Shown piece by piece: positions 29,286 through 38,037 of a DNA stretch of 62,383 nucleotides. A program made the translations under genes and the position numbers. Under the pieces are notes generated by a model, which did no database searches, had not been told where the DNA came from, and saw only the letters and a list, made by a program, of their open reading frames with translations. The DNA is from an uncultured Collinsella sp. (GTDB taxonomy: Bacteria; Actinomycetota; Coriobacteriia; Coriobacteriales; Coriobacteriaceae), in NCBI GenBank assembly GCA_905207015.1, contig CAJLJQ010000001.1, positions 1 to 62,383 of the forward strand, in the 5' to 3' direction. How positions within the stretch are numbered: the stretch's first letter is position 1; the number at the start of each line of letters is the position of its first letter.

Positions 29286-30695
29286 ATGAGCACCGACATT
29301 ATTGTTCGCTTTACCGACAGCTACGAGCAAAAAGTTGGAGACATTAAAAAGATCGTCGGGCTGATGTCCCCCAAATCCATTATCAAAATTATCGACACTC
29401 TCGATCTCGATGCCAACCCCCGCAATTCCCGTTTGGGCTCAGTGACCGATGCTATTCAGGCATCCATTCGCGCTGATGAGCTTTCTCCCACGCAAAAGCT
29501 CTTTCCTTTTAAATCAAAGGGAATTCTGCTCGCGTCCTCGAGCTACGAGTCCCTTGATCGCGGGCGTTATCGTCTAAGCTTTGCTTCTCACGACGAAGTT
29601 GAGGGAATTCTTGACGGCGGCCACAACACACTCGCAATCGGCAGCTACATTCTCAGCGAAGCCGAACATGCGCTTGGCAATCGACCTCCCAAAAAGAACG
29701 AAGTCACAATCTGGGATTCATTCAAGCAAACATGGATGAACCGTCGAACCGATATTGAAGAGTACCTGTCACTTCTCCGTGAAGAAAAAGCAGCCCTCAA
29801 AGAGAAAGGCATAAGCACTCTAGACTTCTCGATTCCTGTCGAATTGCTCGTTCCAACCGACCCAAACGATGCGCTCTGCGTTGAGAACTTCCGCACCTCA
29901 CTTTTGGAAATCTGCGACGCTCGCAACAATAACGCTCAACTCACACAAGGCACCAAGGGCAATCAGGAAGGTCTTTTCGATTCCTTTAAGGCTCTTTATG
30001 CCGAAAAATATCCTGAATTTGCAGCCAAAATCAGCTGGAAAACCAACGACGGCAACCCCATTGAATCCAGAAAGCTTGTCGCACTCTCTTGGATCCCGTT
30101 ATCGCTCATCTCGAGTAACGTCACCTCTGGCGACATCGAAGCGCCACAACTTCCCCTAGTCTATAGCGGCAAGGAGAAGTGCCAGGAAAAGTTCTTGCAG
30201 CTTATGAGGGATGACCGAGTAAGCAAAGCTGCTGGTTCAGCGCGCCGCGAACTCAAGAATCCGCAAGTTCTCAGCGCACTCAAAGTGGCTACGGACCTTC
30301 CCGGTCTATACGATGAAATCTATTCGCGTTTCCCCAAGCACTACAACAAAACAGGAAGCTACGGAAAAATCGGCGCCGTTAAGAGCCTTAAGAATAGTCG
30401 CAATGAATACAAAACTCCCTTCTTTGAAAAGACAACGGACAATCCTGTTCCTGATGGCTTTATCTACCCCCTAGTCTGTGGCCTCCGCGCATTGATGGAA
30501 GCAGATGATCAGGGGAAGGTGTATTGGAAAACTGATCCTCACAAGTTCCTCGATAGCCCGGCATTTGAAAATGTCGTCGCTCAATACAGCGGTGTCATTC
30601 AGCAATCTGACTACGATCCGCAAAAGGTCGGCAAGGGCGCTATGAGCTACACCGCCGTTGAAAACTCGATGAAGCTCGCAGTTCTTATGGGCTAG
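29286..30695 (+). CDS. AIPR-like (ParB/Srx-fold) protein
   Basis: ANPR, F..KSKGILL, GILDGGHNT and ARNNNAQ motifs parallel AIPR NxR / NNGI / DGxQT / NxQ; adjacent to an R-M system. Confidence 0.65.
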   Translation: MSTDIIVRFTDSYEQKVGDIKKIVGLMSPKSIIKIIDTLDLDANPRNSRLGSVTDAIQASIRADELSPTQKLFPFKSKGILLASSSYESLDRGRYRLSFASHDEVEGILDGGHNTLAIGSYILSEAEHALGNRPPKKNEVTIWDSFKQTWMNRRTDIEEYLSLLREEKAALKEKGISTLDFSIPVELLVPTDPNDALCVENFRTSLLEICDARNNNAQLTQGTKGNQEGLFDSFKALYAEKYPEFAAKISWKTNDGNPIESRKLVALSWIPLSLISSNVTSGDIEAPQLPLVYSGKEKCQEKFLQLMRDDRVSKAAGSARRELKNPQVLSALKVATDLPGLYDEIYSRFPKHYNKTGSYGKIGAVKSLKNSRNEYKTPFFEKTTDNPVPDGFIYPLVCGLRALMEADDQGKVYWKTDPHKFLDSPAFENVVAQYSGVIQQSDYDPQKVGKGAMSYTAVENSMKLAVLMG

Positions 30696-30800
30696 CGGAT
30701 ACTTAGGCAAAGCATCGGCGCGCAAGGACGTCATTTATGCCCGACGCACTTGCGCGCTTATTATTAAGCTGGCTATGTAAAACTCCGGTATAGAAATGAA

Positions 30801-32012
30801 CTATTGTCGTTCTTTATCGACCAGTAGTTGGCAAAACTCCCCTACGTCCATCAGCCAGCTTTGCTGTTCAGCCGTATATGAACCAAATACAGGACGAGGC
30901 ACAACCAGTTGGAGACTATGCCTGCGCATCGAGTCCGTGTACTCAGTGCTCACCGCCACATCAAGTGTAATCAAATGCTTATTTTCAATTCTATCCGCTT
31001 CTTCCAACACTTGGCGCCAGCGCTCTTTAACGGTCGTTTTTGCGCCAAGCATGGTCAGCTTCTCGACAGGATACAAAGGATTTCTATAAGCCTCAATCGA
31101 CGGCATAATGAAATCTGGCTTTGATTTGCCCTCAGTATACGGCTGAGCGGAATAACTTATGCCCCATCCCTTAAACAGGTACTCAAGTTGATGCTCGAAA
31201 GCAGTTCCCGCGCGCGATTTCCTCCGCTGGAAAGCTGACATCGTGGTCCGTAACACTCCATCAACATCGAGATCGCCTCTTAGATAGGGAGCCAAATCGC
31301 GCTCAAGCAAATGTCTCTCGAATACCTTAAAGAGAATCTCTTCTCGCTCATAGCAGTCAAGAAGGCACTTGTCGGGGTTGCTCCTCCAATCAAGCACACC
31401 CAAAGTCGAGATGGAATACCTCGTGAATTCAATCCCTTTGGGAAAAGAATCACCGAACTTTTCGACCATTTCATCCAAATACGTAACAGCTGACGTGGGA
31501 AGCGAAACTTCGATGCCAATCGCTTCAAGAATGGATGCGGCGATTGAGTCTATTCGCCTGTCATCTGCGGTTGACCGCGAAAAACCACTGTCGTCAACTT
31601 CGTTCAAACCGAAAAGCCATCTTAATTGGCACTCGGCATTTGATCCTTGTCTAGCAAATACAATCAGAAGACCATGCTCGTCTGAAGGTGCAATGACCAT
31701 CAGGTCACCGATTCTCGAGGCTCGTATCGCTTCGCTATCGTTGTAATAGAGCCTGTATTCTGTCCTAGTCGGATGCTTCCTGCGCGCGTCGTACCAAGTC
31801 GTAAACCCGTGATCAAACAAAGGGTCTGCATCGTCGCAAAGAAATACGAAGGTCGTCGGTATATTTCTTATATCATCGTCGCCAAACAGGGAACGGAGCT
31901 CCGCAGTTCCGTTGAATTCATGCTGGTTGCTGCGTTTTCTATCAATATCAACAGCAACGAGTTTCTTCGCAACCGCGCCGTCAAAATAGCTACTCAGAAC
32001 TCCGTAGTCCAT
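30801..32012 (-). CDS. Type II restriction endonuclease, EcoRII-like
   Basis: SNQHEFNG N-terminus; RRKSRAG.AFE, KPDF..P, LGAKTT.KERWRQVLEEA.RI (EcoRII C-terminal domain). Confidence 0.88.
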   Translation of the reverse strand: MDYGVLSSYFDGAVAKKLVAVDIDRKRSNQHEFNGTAELRSLFGDDDIRNIPTTFVFLCDDADPLFDHGFTTWYDARRKHPTRTEYRLYYNDSEAIRASRIGDLMVIAPSDEHGLLIVFARQGSNAECQLRWLFGLNEVDDSGFSRSTADDRRIDSIAASILEAIGIEVSLPTSAVTYLDEMVEKFGDSFPKGIEFTRYSISTLGVLDWRSNPDKCLLDCYEREEILFKVFERHLLERDLAPYLRGDLDVDGVLRTTMSAFQRRKSRAGTAFEHQLEYLFKGWGISYSAQPYTEGKSKPDFIMPSIEAYRNPLYPVEKLTMLGAKTTVKERWRQVLEEADRIENKHLITLDVAVSTEYTDSMRRHSLQLVVPRPVFGSYTAEQQSWLMDVGEFCQLLVDKERQ

Positions 32013-33165
32013 CGAAATACGCTCCCATCATCAGCTTGGCCACTGCTCGCACAGCCGGTACGGTGACAGAATTACCAAATTGATGATATGCCTGCGTATC
32101 CGAAACCGGAATAATGAATTGATCGGGGAACCCTTGAAGTCGGGCACATTCACGCGGAGTCAGCTTGCGAGGGTTCTTCCCCTCGCCACGTGAAACAAGA
32201 ATCTCACTTCCGTCCTTGTGATAGCGTGCTGAAAGCGTCCTTGTCGTGTCATTGGGGCCAACCGTGCTATAGCCAAAGCCATTGCCTGCCGCCTGATGCT
32301 TTTCCTTATATGCACGCAAATAAGCCCACAGTTTGTCGGAAAGAACGTATCGATCATCAGGAGCATCTTCAAGAATCTCCCCGACGGTGTGCCCACCGCC
32401 CCCAAGCTCTAGTTGGTCCCAATCAAAATTAGTTTTTTTCTTAAAGCCAACAATGTAAATGCGCTCACGATGCTGGCAAGTCCAATTCTTGCTATCAAGA
32501 ACCTTGTAGTGCACATCGTAACCAAGCTCGTCCTTAAGGGTCTGCATAATAATCCTGAAGGTCTTGCCGCGATCGTGACTCGTTAGATTTTTAACGTTTT
32601 CCAGCAGGAAAGCATCAGGTTTTTTGTCGCGAATAATACGAGCTACTTCGAAAAATAATGTCCCCTGCGTCTTGTCTTCAAAGCCAGTAGCACGTCCCAT
32701 CGATTTTTTCTTTGAAACGCCCGCGAGCGAGAATGGCTGGCACGGAAATCCCGCCAATAAAACGTTAAATTTTGGAATGTCGTCCGAACGAACGTCATGA
32801 ATGTCCCCAGCTGGCTGATCACCATAATTCATGCGGTACGTCTTCTGTGCATATTTATCCCACTCGCAAGAAAAAACGCACTTGCCACCAAGTTCTTGGA
32901 ACGGCAAGCGAATGCCACCGATACCAGCAAATAGGTCAATGTAAGTGAAAGGAGCGTCCTCCCGATCACCCTGCGCAAAAGGCGCCTGATAACCTAGGGA
33001 GCGTATAAACGTGAGCTCCGTAGCAGATGGACTGGTCTCGCCAGTCTCCCAACGCCGGACGGTTCTATCACCATTAGGTCCCATGCCAAGAGCGGCGGCG
33101 AACTCCTTCTGAGTCAGCGCGAGCTCCTTGCGTTTGGCAGTTATCTCTTCCCTAACGTCTTTCAT
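31990..33165 (-). CDS. dcm: DNA (cytosine-5)-methyltransferase with N-terminal XRE HTH (Dcm/EcoRII/SsoII family)
   Basis: IDLFAGIGG, GFPCQPFS, ENV, Q.RERIYIVG, TLSARYHKDGSEIL, RKLTPRE, QFGNSV; N-terminal TQKEFA..LG...GDRTVRRWE. Confidence 0.93.
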   Translation of the reverse strand: MKDVREEITAKRKELALTQKEFAAALGMGPNGDRTVRRWETGETSPSATELTFIRSLGYQAPFAQGDREDAPFTYIDLFAGIGGIRLPFQELGGKCVFSCEWDKYAQKTYRMNYGDQPAGDIHDVRSDDIPKFNVLLAGFPCQPFSLAGVSKKKSMGRATGFEDKTQGTLFFEVARIIRDKKPDAFLLENVKNLTSHDRGKTFRIIMQTLKDELGYDVHYKVLDSKNWTCQHRERIYIVGFKKKTNFDWDQLELGGGGHTVGEILEDAPDDRYVLSDKLWAYLRAYKEKHQAAGNGFGYSTVGPNDTTRTLSARYHKDGSEILVSRGEGKNPRKLTPRECARLQGFPDQFIIPVSDTQAYHQFGNSVTVPAVRAVAKLMMGAYFDGLRSSE

Positions 33166-33187
33166 GCTATCCAATCGGAACAAACTA

Positions 33188-33202
33188 CGGACGAACTGTC
33201 CG
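33188..33202. promoter_or_regulatory. SsoII-type methyltransferase autoregulatory operator
   Basis: CGGACGAACTGTCCG, a 15-bp inverted repeat 22 bp upstream of the MTase ATG; resembles the M.SsoII operator AGGACAAATTGTCCT. Confidence 0.7.
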
Positions 33203-33351
33203 CTAATTGACACAGCGTTATCAAGATTAAACGCGATGCATGGCAGTTGCAACACTTTGTTGCAACGCCTTTCAACGGTAACTTAGATTAACGTGCCGCA
33301 CGGACAAACAATTGCCCCAACTTGCAACTAGCCAACATCAGGCCTGCGTAT

Positions 33352-33978
33352 TCAGTCACAACCTAGAGCTATCAGCAAAGGCCTCATTAGTTCGCGTCGT
33401 TTGGCGGTTTTAGAGTTCTCTTCTACAAGATCTTTCAGCCACTGCATATCGAGCCCTTGCCCAAGCGCGTCGTTATAGGCATCGATAATTAATGAGGGGT
33501 CCTCGCAATCGAGGCAAAGATCGACAAGCGTGCGCTCGGGTTTGGTTACCGGCAGGCCGTCGAGCCAGACGATATCCTGCTCCGCAATCTCGCGCTTTAC
33601 AAAAGAAAGGGATTCGTTTCTCGTATTGATGCGCATGGGCGCGGTCATCCTGTAGGGGGACAGAAAGAAATCGCCGATTTGCTGAAGGTTCGCCGCCGTC
33701 GTACCGCTCACAGCGATGCCATCCCACTGGCGCTTTCTCTCCCACGCACAAAGGGAGGGATTGGTGAGCTTCCAAAGAGCGTTGAGCTCATCGGTGCCTC
33801 GGCGCTGCGCGCCCGACATCCGGTAGGCGCCGTGGCATATCCGCTCAAGACGCCCCACGCGGCATGAGTGCGCCAGCGCATCTCGAGAAATGTCCATGCG
33901 AGCCGCCTGGGCTGTGGTAAACACGCCCTCACTCTCGGAAAGCTCGCTTATCGCCGTTATGTTGCTAAAGTACTTCAT
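33352..33978 (-). CDS. Type IV toxin-antitoxin AbiEi family antitoxin domain protein
   Basis: GVFTTAQA...GRLERI.HG.YR N-terminal wHTH; S..TAA; GLPVT.PERTLVD. Confidence 0.85.
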   Translation of the reverse strand: MKYFSNITAISELSESEGVFTTAQAARMDISRDALAHSCRVGRLERICHGAYRMSGAQRRGTDELNALWKLTNPSLCAWERKRQWDGIAVSGTTAANLQQIGDFFLSPYRMTAPMRINTRNESLSFVKREIAEQDIVWLDGLPVTKPERTLVDLCLDCEDPSLIIDAYNDALGQGLDMQWLKDLVEENSKTAKRRELMRPLLIALGCD

Positions 33979-34013
33979 GTTGCAATTGTAGGATATTTTC
34001 ATACTTTTGCAAC
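33979..34013 (-). promoter_or_regulatory. Putative leaderless promoter of abiEi bracketed by an inverted repeat
   Basis: Minus strand TTGCAA-16 nt-TACAAT-6 nt-ATG; GTTGCAA...TTGCAAC flanks the promoter. Confidence 0.6.
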
Positions 34014-34142
34014 GTGTTTTTGATCCGTGCGATCCATACGCCTTGCTTATCCCATTTCTGACGCCGGCTTGATACCGGCCCACCATCTCCCGCTATCGAG
34101 GTCTAATACTTTTCCCACTGCCACCCAAAAACTCATCCAACA

Positions 34143-34170
34143 TTAATCTTGGCTCAAGAATCGCTTAATC
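34143..34170 (+). promoter_or_regulatory. Phased direct repeats, candidate OmpR-family boxes
   Basis: TTAATC (34143), TCAAGA (34154), TTAATC (34165) at 11-bp spacing upstream of the TCS operon. Confidence 0.45.
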
Positions 34171-34294
34171 TATAACCTGCACTATAGAGTTCGACCAAGA
34201 GCGGGGCGGCGCCGCGCAACGCAGGCCGCCGAACGCAACGCTCGCGCCCGGGCAGATCGCCTGGCGTCGCGCCCATCGAACGAAAGGACAGGTC

Positions 34295-34837
34295 ATGGAC
34301 GACCTCGAAAAAGTTGAAACCATCCGCACCAAGTGCAACGTGAGCTACACCGATGCCAAGGCCGCGCTCGACGCCGCCGACGGCAACGTCCTGGACGCCA
34401 TCATTTGGCTCGAGTCGCAGGGCAAGACGCAGACCACGTCGGCGCACGCCGCCACCGAGTCCGCGCCAGCCGACGAGCCCTCGGCTGAGATGGTCGCCGC
34501 GCAGGTCGCCTACGAAAAGTCGAGCGAAAAGACCGACTTCTCCAAGAAGATGGACAGCGTGTGGGAGTACCTCAAAAAGCTCTTCCGTCTGAGCCTGGAC
34601 ACCAAGTTTATCGCCACGCGCCGCGACGCGATCATCCTCAACATTCCCATCCTGATTCCCATCGTCGCCCTGTTTGCCTGGGGCGCCACGATATGGCTGA
34701 TGCTGCTTGGCTTGTTCTTTGGCATGCGCTACCGCATCGATAGCGACGGCGACGTGCCCGGCAGCATCAACAACCTGATGGACAGCGCTGCCAATGCCGC
34801 GGACGACATCAAGCAAAATCTGAACGACGACAAGTAA
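34295..34837 (+). CDS. UBA-like N-terminal / DUF4342-like membrane protein
   Basis: LEKVE.IR.K.NVSY.DAK.AL...DG..LDAII.LE; C-terminal hydrophobic hairpin. Confidence 0.75.
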   Translation: MDDLEKVETIRTKCNVSYTDAKAALDAADGNVLDAIIWLESQGKTQTTSAHAATESAPADEPSAEMVAAQVAYEKSSEKTDFSKKMDSVWEYLKKLFRLSLDTKFIATRRDAIILNIPILIPIVALFAWGATIWLMLLGLFFGMRYRIDSDGDVPGSINNLMDSAANAADDIKQNLNDDK

Positions 34838-34855
34838 TCGCAGACGGGGGCACGT

Positions 34856-35626
34856 ATGGCACGGATCCTGATTGTAGAGGACGAGGAGAAAATCGCCCGC
34901 TTTGTGACGCTCGAGCTGGAGCACGAGGGCTACCAGGTGGAGCACGCCGCCGATGGCCGCACCGCCGTTGACCTAGCGCTGGAGCGCGACTACGATCTGA
35001 TTCTGCTCGATGTACTGCTGCCGCAGCTCAACGGCATGGAGGTGCTGCGGCGTGTCCGCAAGCACAAGGATGTGCCGGTGATCATGGTCACCGCGCGCGA
35101 TGCCGTGATGGACAAGGTGGCCGGGCTCGACGCCGGTGCTGACGATTACCTGACCAAGCCGTTTGCCATTGAGGAGCTGTTCGCACGGATCCGCGTGGCG
35201 CTAAAGCGCTCGGAGGCTGTGCGGACGGCTTCGGGCGTTGGCGGCGTTGGGGCGGGCGGTGCGGGCGGGTGCGCCGTTGCGATACCCCCAGCTGGCGACT
35301 CGGCCAAGACCTCTGCCTCGCCCTCCCCCACCGCGCTCACCGTGGGCTCGGTTGCGCTCGATCCCGACCGCCGCGAAGTCACGGTCGGCGGCTCGCCCAT
35401 CGTGCTAACCGCCCGCGAGTTCGATGTCCTCGCCCTGCTTATGACGCATGCCGGCACCGTGCTCACGCGCGAGCGCATTGCGCACGAGGCGCTAGGCTAC
35501 GACTATGTGGGCGACACCAACAACGTCGACGTGCACATCGCGCACCTGCGTGCCAAGATCGAAGACGCCGGCGGTGCCCGCATCATCCAGACCGTGCGCG
35601 GGGTGGGCTATGTCTGCCGCGCGTAA
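34856..35626 (+). CDS. OmpR-family response regulator
   Basis: ILIVEDE, LLDVLLP, GADDYL.KPF, LT.REF, NVDVHI..LR.KI, TVRGVGY. Confidence 0.93.
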   Translation: MARILIVEDEEKIARFVTLELEHEGYQVEHAADGRTAVDLALERDYDLILLDVLLPQLNGMEVLRRVRKHKDVPVIMVTARDAVMDKVAGLDAGADDYLTKPFAIEELFARIRVALKRSEAVRTASGVGGVGAGGAGGCAVAIPPAGDSAKTSASPSPTALTVGSVALDPDRREVTVGGSPIVLTAREFDVLALLMTHAGTVLTRERIAHEALGYDYVGDTNNVDVHIAHLRAKIEDAGGARIIQTVRGVGYVCRA

Positions 35627-36905
35627 CGACGAGGCTAAGCGCGTCACCTCCATCGCCCGCGCCATCAACTGGAGCTATATGTGGCGCCGCTTGGTGAGCT
35701 ACGTCTGGCTGGATCTGTTACTGCTGCTTGTTGCGGCGGCGACCCTCGTCTATGGCTACAACCAGACGCTGCCCGATGGCGCGTTTACCGCGGGATGGAT
35801 CCCCAGCGCCAGCGTTCACGGCATGTCACTGACGCCCGCGCGCGGCTGGGACCTGACAACGCTCACCTATACCGTCGAGTTTGCGCGCACCACCAAGACC
35901 TTCCCCCTCGCGCAGGACCTCGTCGCGCTATGGCCTCTCTACCTTGTCGTTGTGGGTTGGCAGGTCATCAGCGTGCTCAACATGCTCGGCGGCGCCCGCC
36001 GCGTGCGCCGCACTATGGCGCCGCTCAACGACCTGGCCTTGCGTGTGGACGAGCTCGGCCGCATGCAGCTCGCCGGCGGCAAGATGGAAACGCTGGAGCA
36101 GGCCATCGAGCGCGCAAGCGTCGACTCGCCGAGCGTCACCACCGGCGACGCCGACCTGGCGAGCATCGAGGTCGCACTCAACCGCCTGCTGCGCCAGATG
36201 CAAGAGGCAAAGCTGCAGCAGATGCGCTTTGTCAACGATGCGAGTCACGAGCTGCGCACGCCCATCGCGGTGATTCAGGGTTACGTGAACATGCTCGACC
36301 GCTGGGGCAAAGACGACCCGGACGTGCTGGCAGAATCCATCACCTCGCTCAAAGCCGAAAGCGAGCATATGCAGGAGCTCGTGGAGCAGCTGCTGTTTTT
36401 GGCACGCGGCGATGCCGGGCGCACGGTCCTGCGGCGTGCGAATACCAACCTGGCCGCACTGGTCGGCGAGGTATGCGAGGAATCGCAGATGATCGATGCC
36501 GCGCACACATATCGACTGGCGTACGATGCCGCACTTACCAGCGACCCGCGCTGCGACGCGCCCGTTGACGTGGCGCTCGTGAAGCAGGCTCTGCGCGTGA
36601 TCGTGCAGAACGCCGCCAAGTATTCGGACGCGGGCACATCCATCTCGTTTGGCGTGACGCCGGATGCGGGCGCAGGCACGATCGACATAAGTGTTGAGGA
36701 CGAGGGTATCGGCATGAACCAGGAATCCGCAGCTCACGCGTTTGAACGGTTCTATCGCGCCGACAACGCACGCGATGCCGGCGCGCAGGGCTCGGGTCTG
36801 GGGCTCGCCATTGCCAAGTGGATCGTCGACAGCCATGGCGGTGTCATCGGCGTGACCTCAGTCGAGGGCGTCGGCAGCCGCTTTACGATTCGCCTGCCGC
36901 GGTAG
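35610..36905 (+). CDS. Sensor histidine kinase (ArlS-like)
   Basis: Two TM helices, DASHELRTPI, NAAKYS, DEG.G, FERFYR, GSGLGL; overlaps the regulator stop. Confidence 0.92.
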   Translation: MSAARNDEAKRVTSIARAINWSYMWRRLVSYVWLDLLLLLVAAATLVYGYNQTLPDGAFTAGWIPSASVHGMSLTPARGWDLTTLTYTVEFARTTKTFPLAQDLVALWPLYLVVVGWQVISVLNMLGGARRVRRTMAPLNDLALRVDELGRMQLAGGKMETLEQAIERASVDSPSVTTGDADLASIEVALNRLLRQMQEAKLQQMRFVNDASHELRTPIAVIQGYVNMLDRWGKDDPDVLAESITSLKAESEHMQELVEQLLFLARGDAGRTVLRRANTNLAALVGEVCEESQMIDAAHTYRLAYDAALTSDPRCDAPVDVALVKQALRVIVQNAAKYSDAGTSISFGVTPDAGAGTIDISVEDEGIGMNQESAAHAFERFYRADNARDAGAQGSGLGLAIAKWIVDSHGGVIGVTSVEGVGSRFTIRLPR

Positions 36906-36922
36906 GGGCGTCTCTCACGAAT

Positions 36923-37104
36923 CGAAGGTGAATGCTTTTCCGCGAAGTGAACGACCTATTTTGGACCCCCGAAGCATCCACACTTTTTGACGCCAAAACC
37001 GCAGGAAAAACCTTACGAAACCGCAGGAAACGGTGCCTCCAAAGTGTCGATGCTCCAGGGGTCCGATTTCACTCGTTCACTTCGCGGAAAAGCATTCACC
37101 TTCG
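36923..37104. repeat. 182-bp palindromic element with perfect 32-bp terminal inverted repeats
   Basis: CGAAGGTGAATGCTTTTCCGCGAAGTGAACGA at 36923-36954 and its exact reverse complement at 37073-37104. Confidence 0.85.
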
Positions 37105-37139
37105 TTTTACGGCAGCCCGTCAGTCACCCTCTCGGCATT

Positions 37140-37177
37140 AAAAATGGGGTAAGGCCACGTGGCCTTACCCCATTTTT
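37140..37177. terminator. Bidirectional intrinsic terminator
   Basis: AAAAATGGGGTAAGGCCAC/GTGGCCTTACCCCATTTTT perfect palindrome. Confidence 0.8.
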
Positions 37178-37200
37178 CGTTAGCTATAGCAGCTTGTGCG

Positions 37201-37575
37201 CTACTCACGGCACAGGTGCACGGCGAAGCCGGCGAACTCGCGCTTAAAGTACACGAGCTTGGTGCTACCGTCGGGCAGCAGCGCGCGCGACTCCTCGTTG
37301 ACCTCGAGCCCGCGCTCGGCAAACCACTTCTCGGCCGCATCGATGTCGTTGACGGCAAAGCCAATGTGGCCCTTGGTGCCACGACCGTTCTGCTTCATAA
37401 CCTCGACCAGCGAATCGTTAAAGTACGAAACCGGGGTCTCGATAACGGGCAGGCCCATCATCGTCGAGAACAGCTCCGCGATCTCCAAGGCTTCTGCCGG
37501 GTCGGTGGCGTTAATGCCCACATGGGCAACGCGCATGCCAAAGAGCTCAACCGGATTGGCGTTCTGCTCATTCAT
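37201..37575 (-). CDS. VOC/glyoxalase-like protein (resembles the C-terminal domain of some KDPG aldolases)
   Basis: AHVGIN, EVMK..G.G..GHI, VY...E..GFAVHL. Confidence 0.7.
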   Translation of the reverse strand: MNEQNANPVELFGMRVAHVGINATDPAEALEIAELFSTMMGLPVIETPVSYFNDSLVEVMKQNGRGTKGHIGFAVNDIDAAEKWFAERGLEVNEESRALLPDGSTKLVYFKREFAGFAVHLCRE

Positions 37576-37586
37576 ACAGGCAGCGC

Positions 37587-37874
37587 CTACTGAGCCATAA
37601 CGTCGAGAACGGCCTTCTCGGCAGCGACGCGGTTCATGCCGGTCATGAAGGGCACGCCGCTCACGTACGGGCAGGTGAGGCCCTCGGGGGCAACGGTGGT
37701 GGCGATCAGCAGGTCGGCGCCCTCGTCGCAAGCGTCCTTGGCCTCGGAGATGGCGCACTGCACGATCTCATACTTGCCGGCATAACCGTTGGCGTCGAGC
37801 AGGGTGGCGACCTTCTGGGCAACGAGCGTGGAAGTAGCAGCGCCAGCACCGCAAGCCAAAACGATTTTCTTCAT
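37587..37874 (-). CDS. PTS EIIB component, galactitol/ascorbate family
   Basis: KKI.LACGAG.ATST P-loop; GVPF.TG. Confidence 0.85.
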   Translation of the reverse strand: MKKIVLACGAGAATSTLVAQKVATLLDANGYAGKYEIVQCAISEAKDACDEGADLLIATTVAPEGLTCPYVSGVPFMTGMNRVAAEKAVLDVMAQ

Positions 37875-38037
37875 AGGTAATGTCTCCCTTCATGGTTTAC
37901 TTTAGGTAAGTGTACCGCAGCGAGCGATGGCACTCGGCCTCGATGAGCTTTTATGCCAGTTTGCTTGCGCGCTGCGTATAATACATCCAGTACGTGTTGT
38001 CATACCGCTCGCTTTATGAGCGACTAAGGACCCTAAT

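Larger units (their letters stand above)
28960..34100. mobile_element. Lower-GC defence islet (AIPR-like + type II R-M + AbiEi); boundaries approximate
   Basis: Visible shift to more A/T-ending codons; defence gene content; no integrase or transposase seen. Confidence 0.65.

Noticed and set aside
30755..30785. dif-like site (…ATTAAGCTGGCTATGTAAAAC)
   Set aside because: Only a partial XerD-arm resemblance, with a poor XerC arm and spacing.
28945..34125. GGTGGCAG / CTGCCACC inverted match at the approximate islet edges
   Set aside because: Only 8 bp in GC-rich DNA; no transposase or target duplication.
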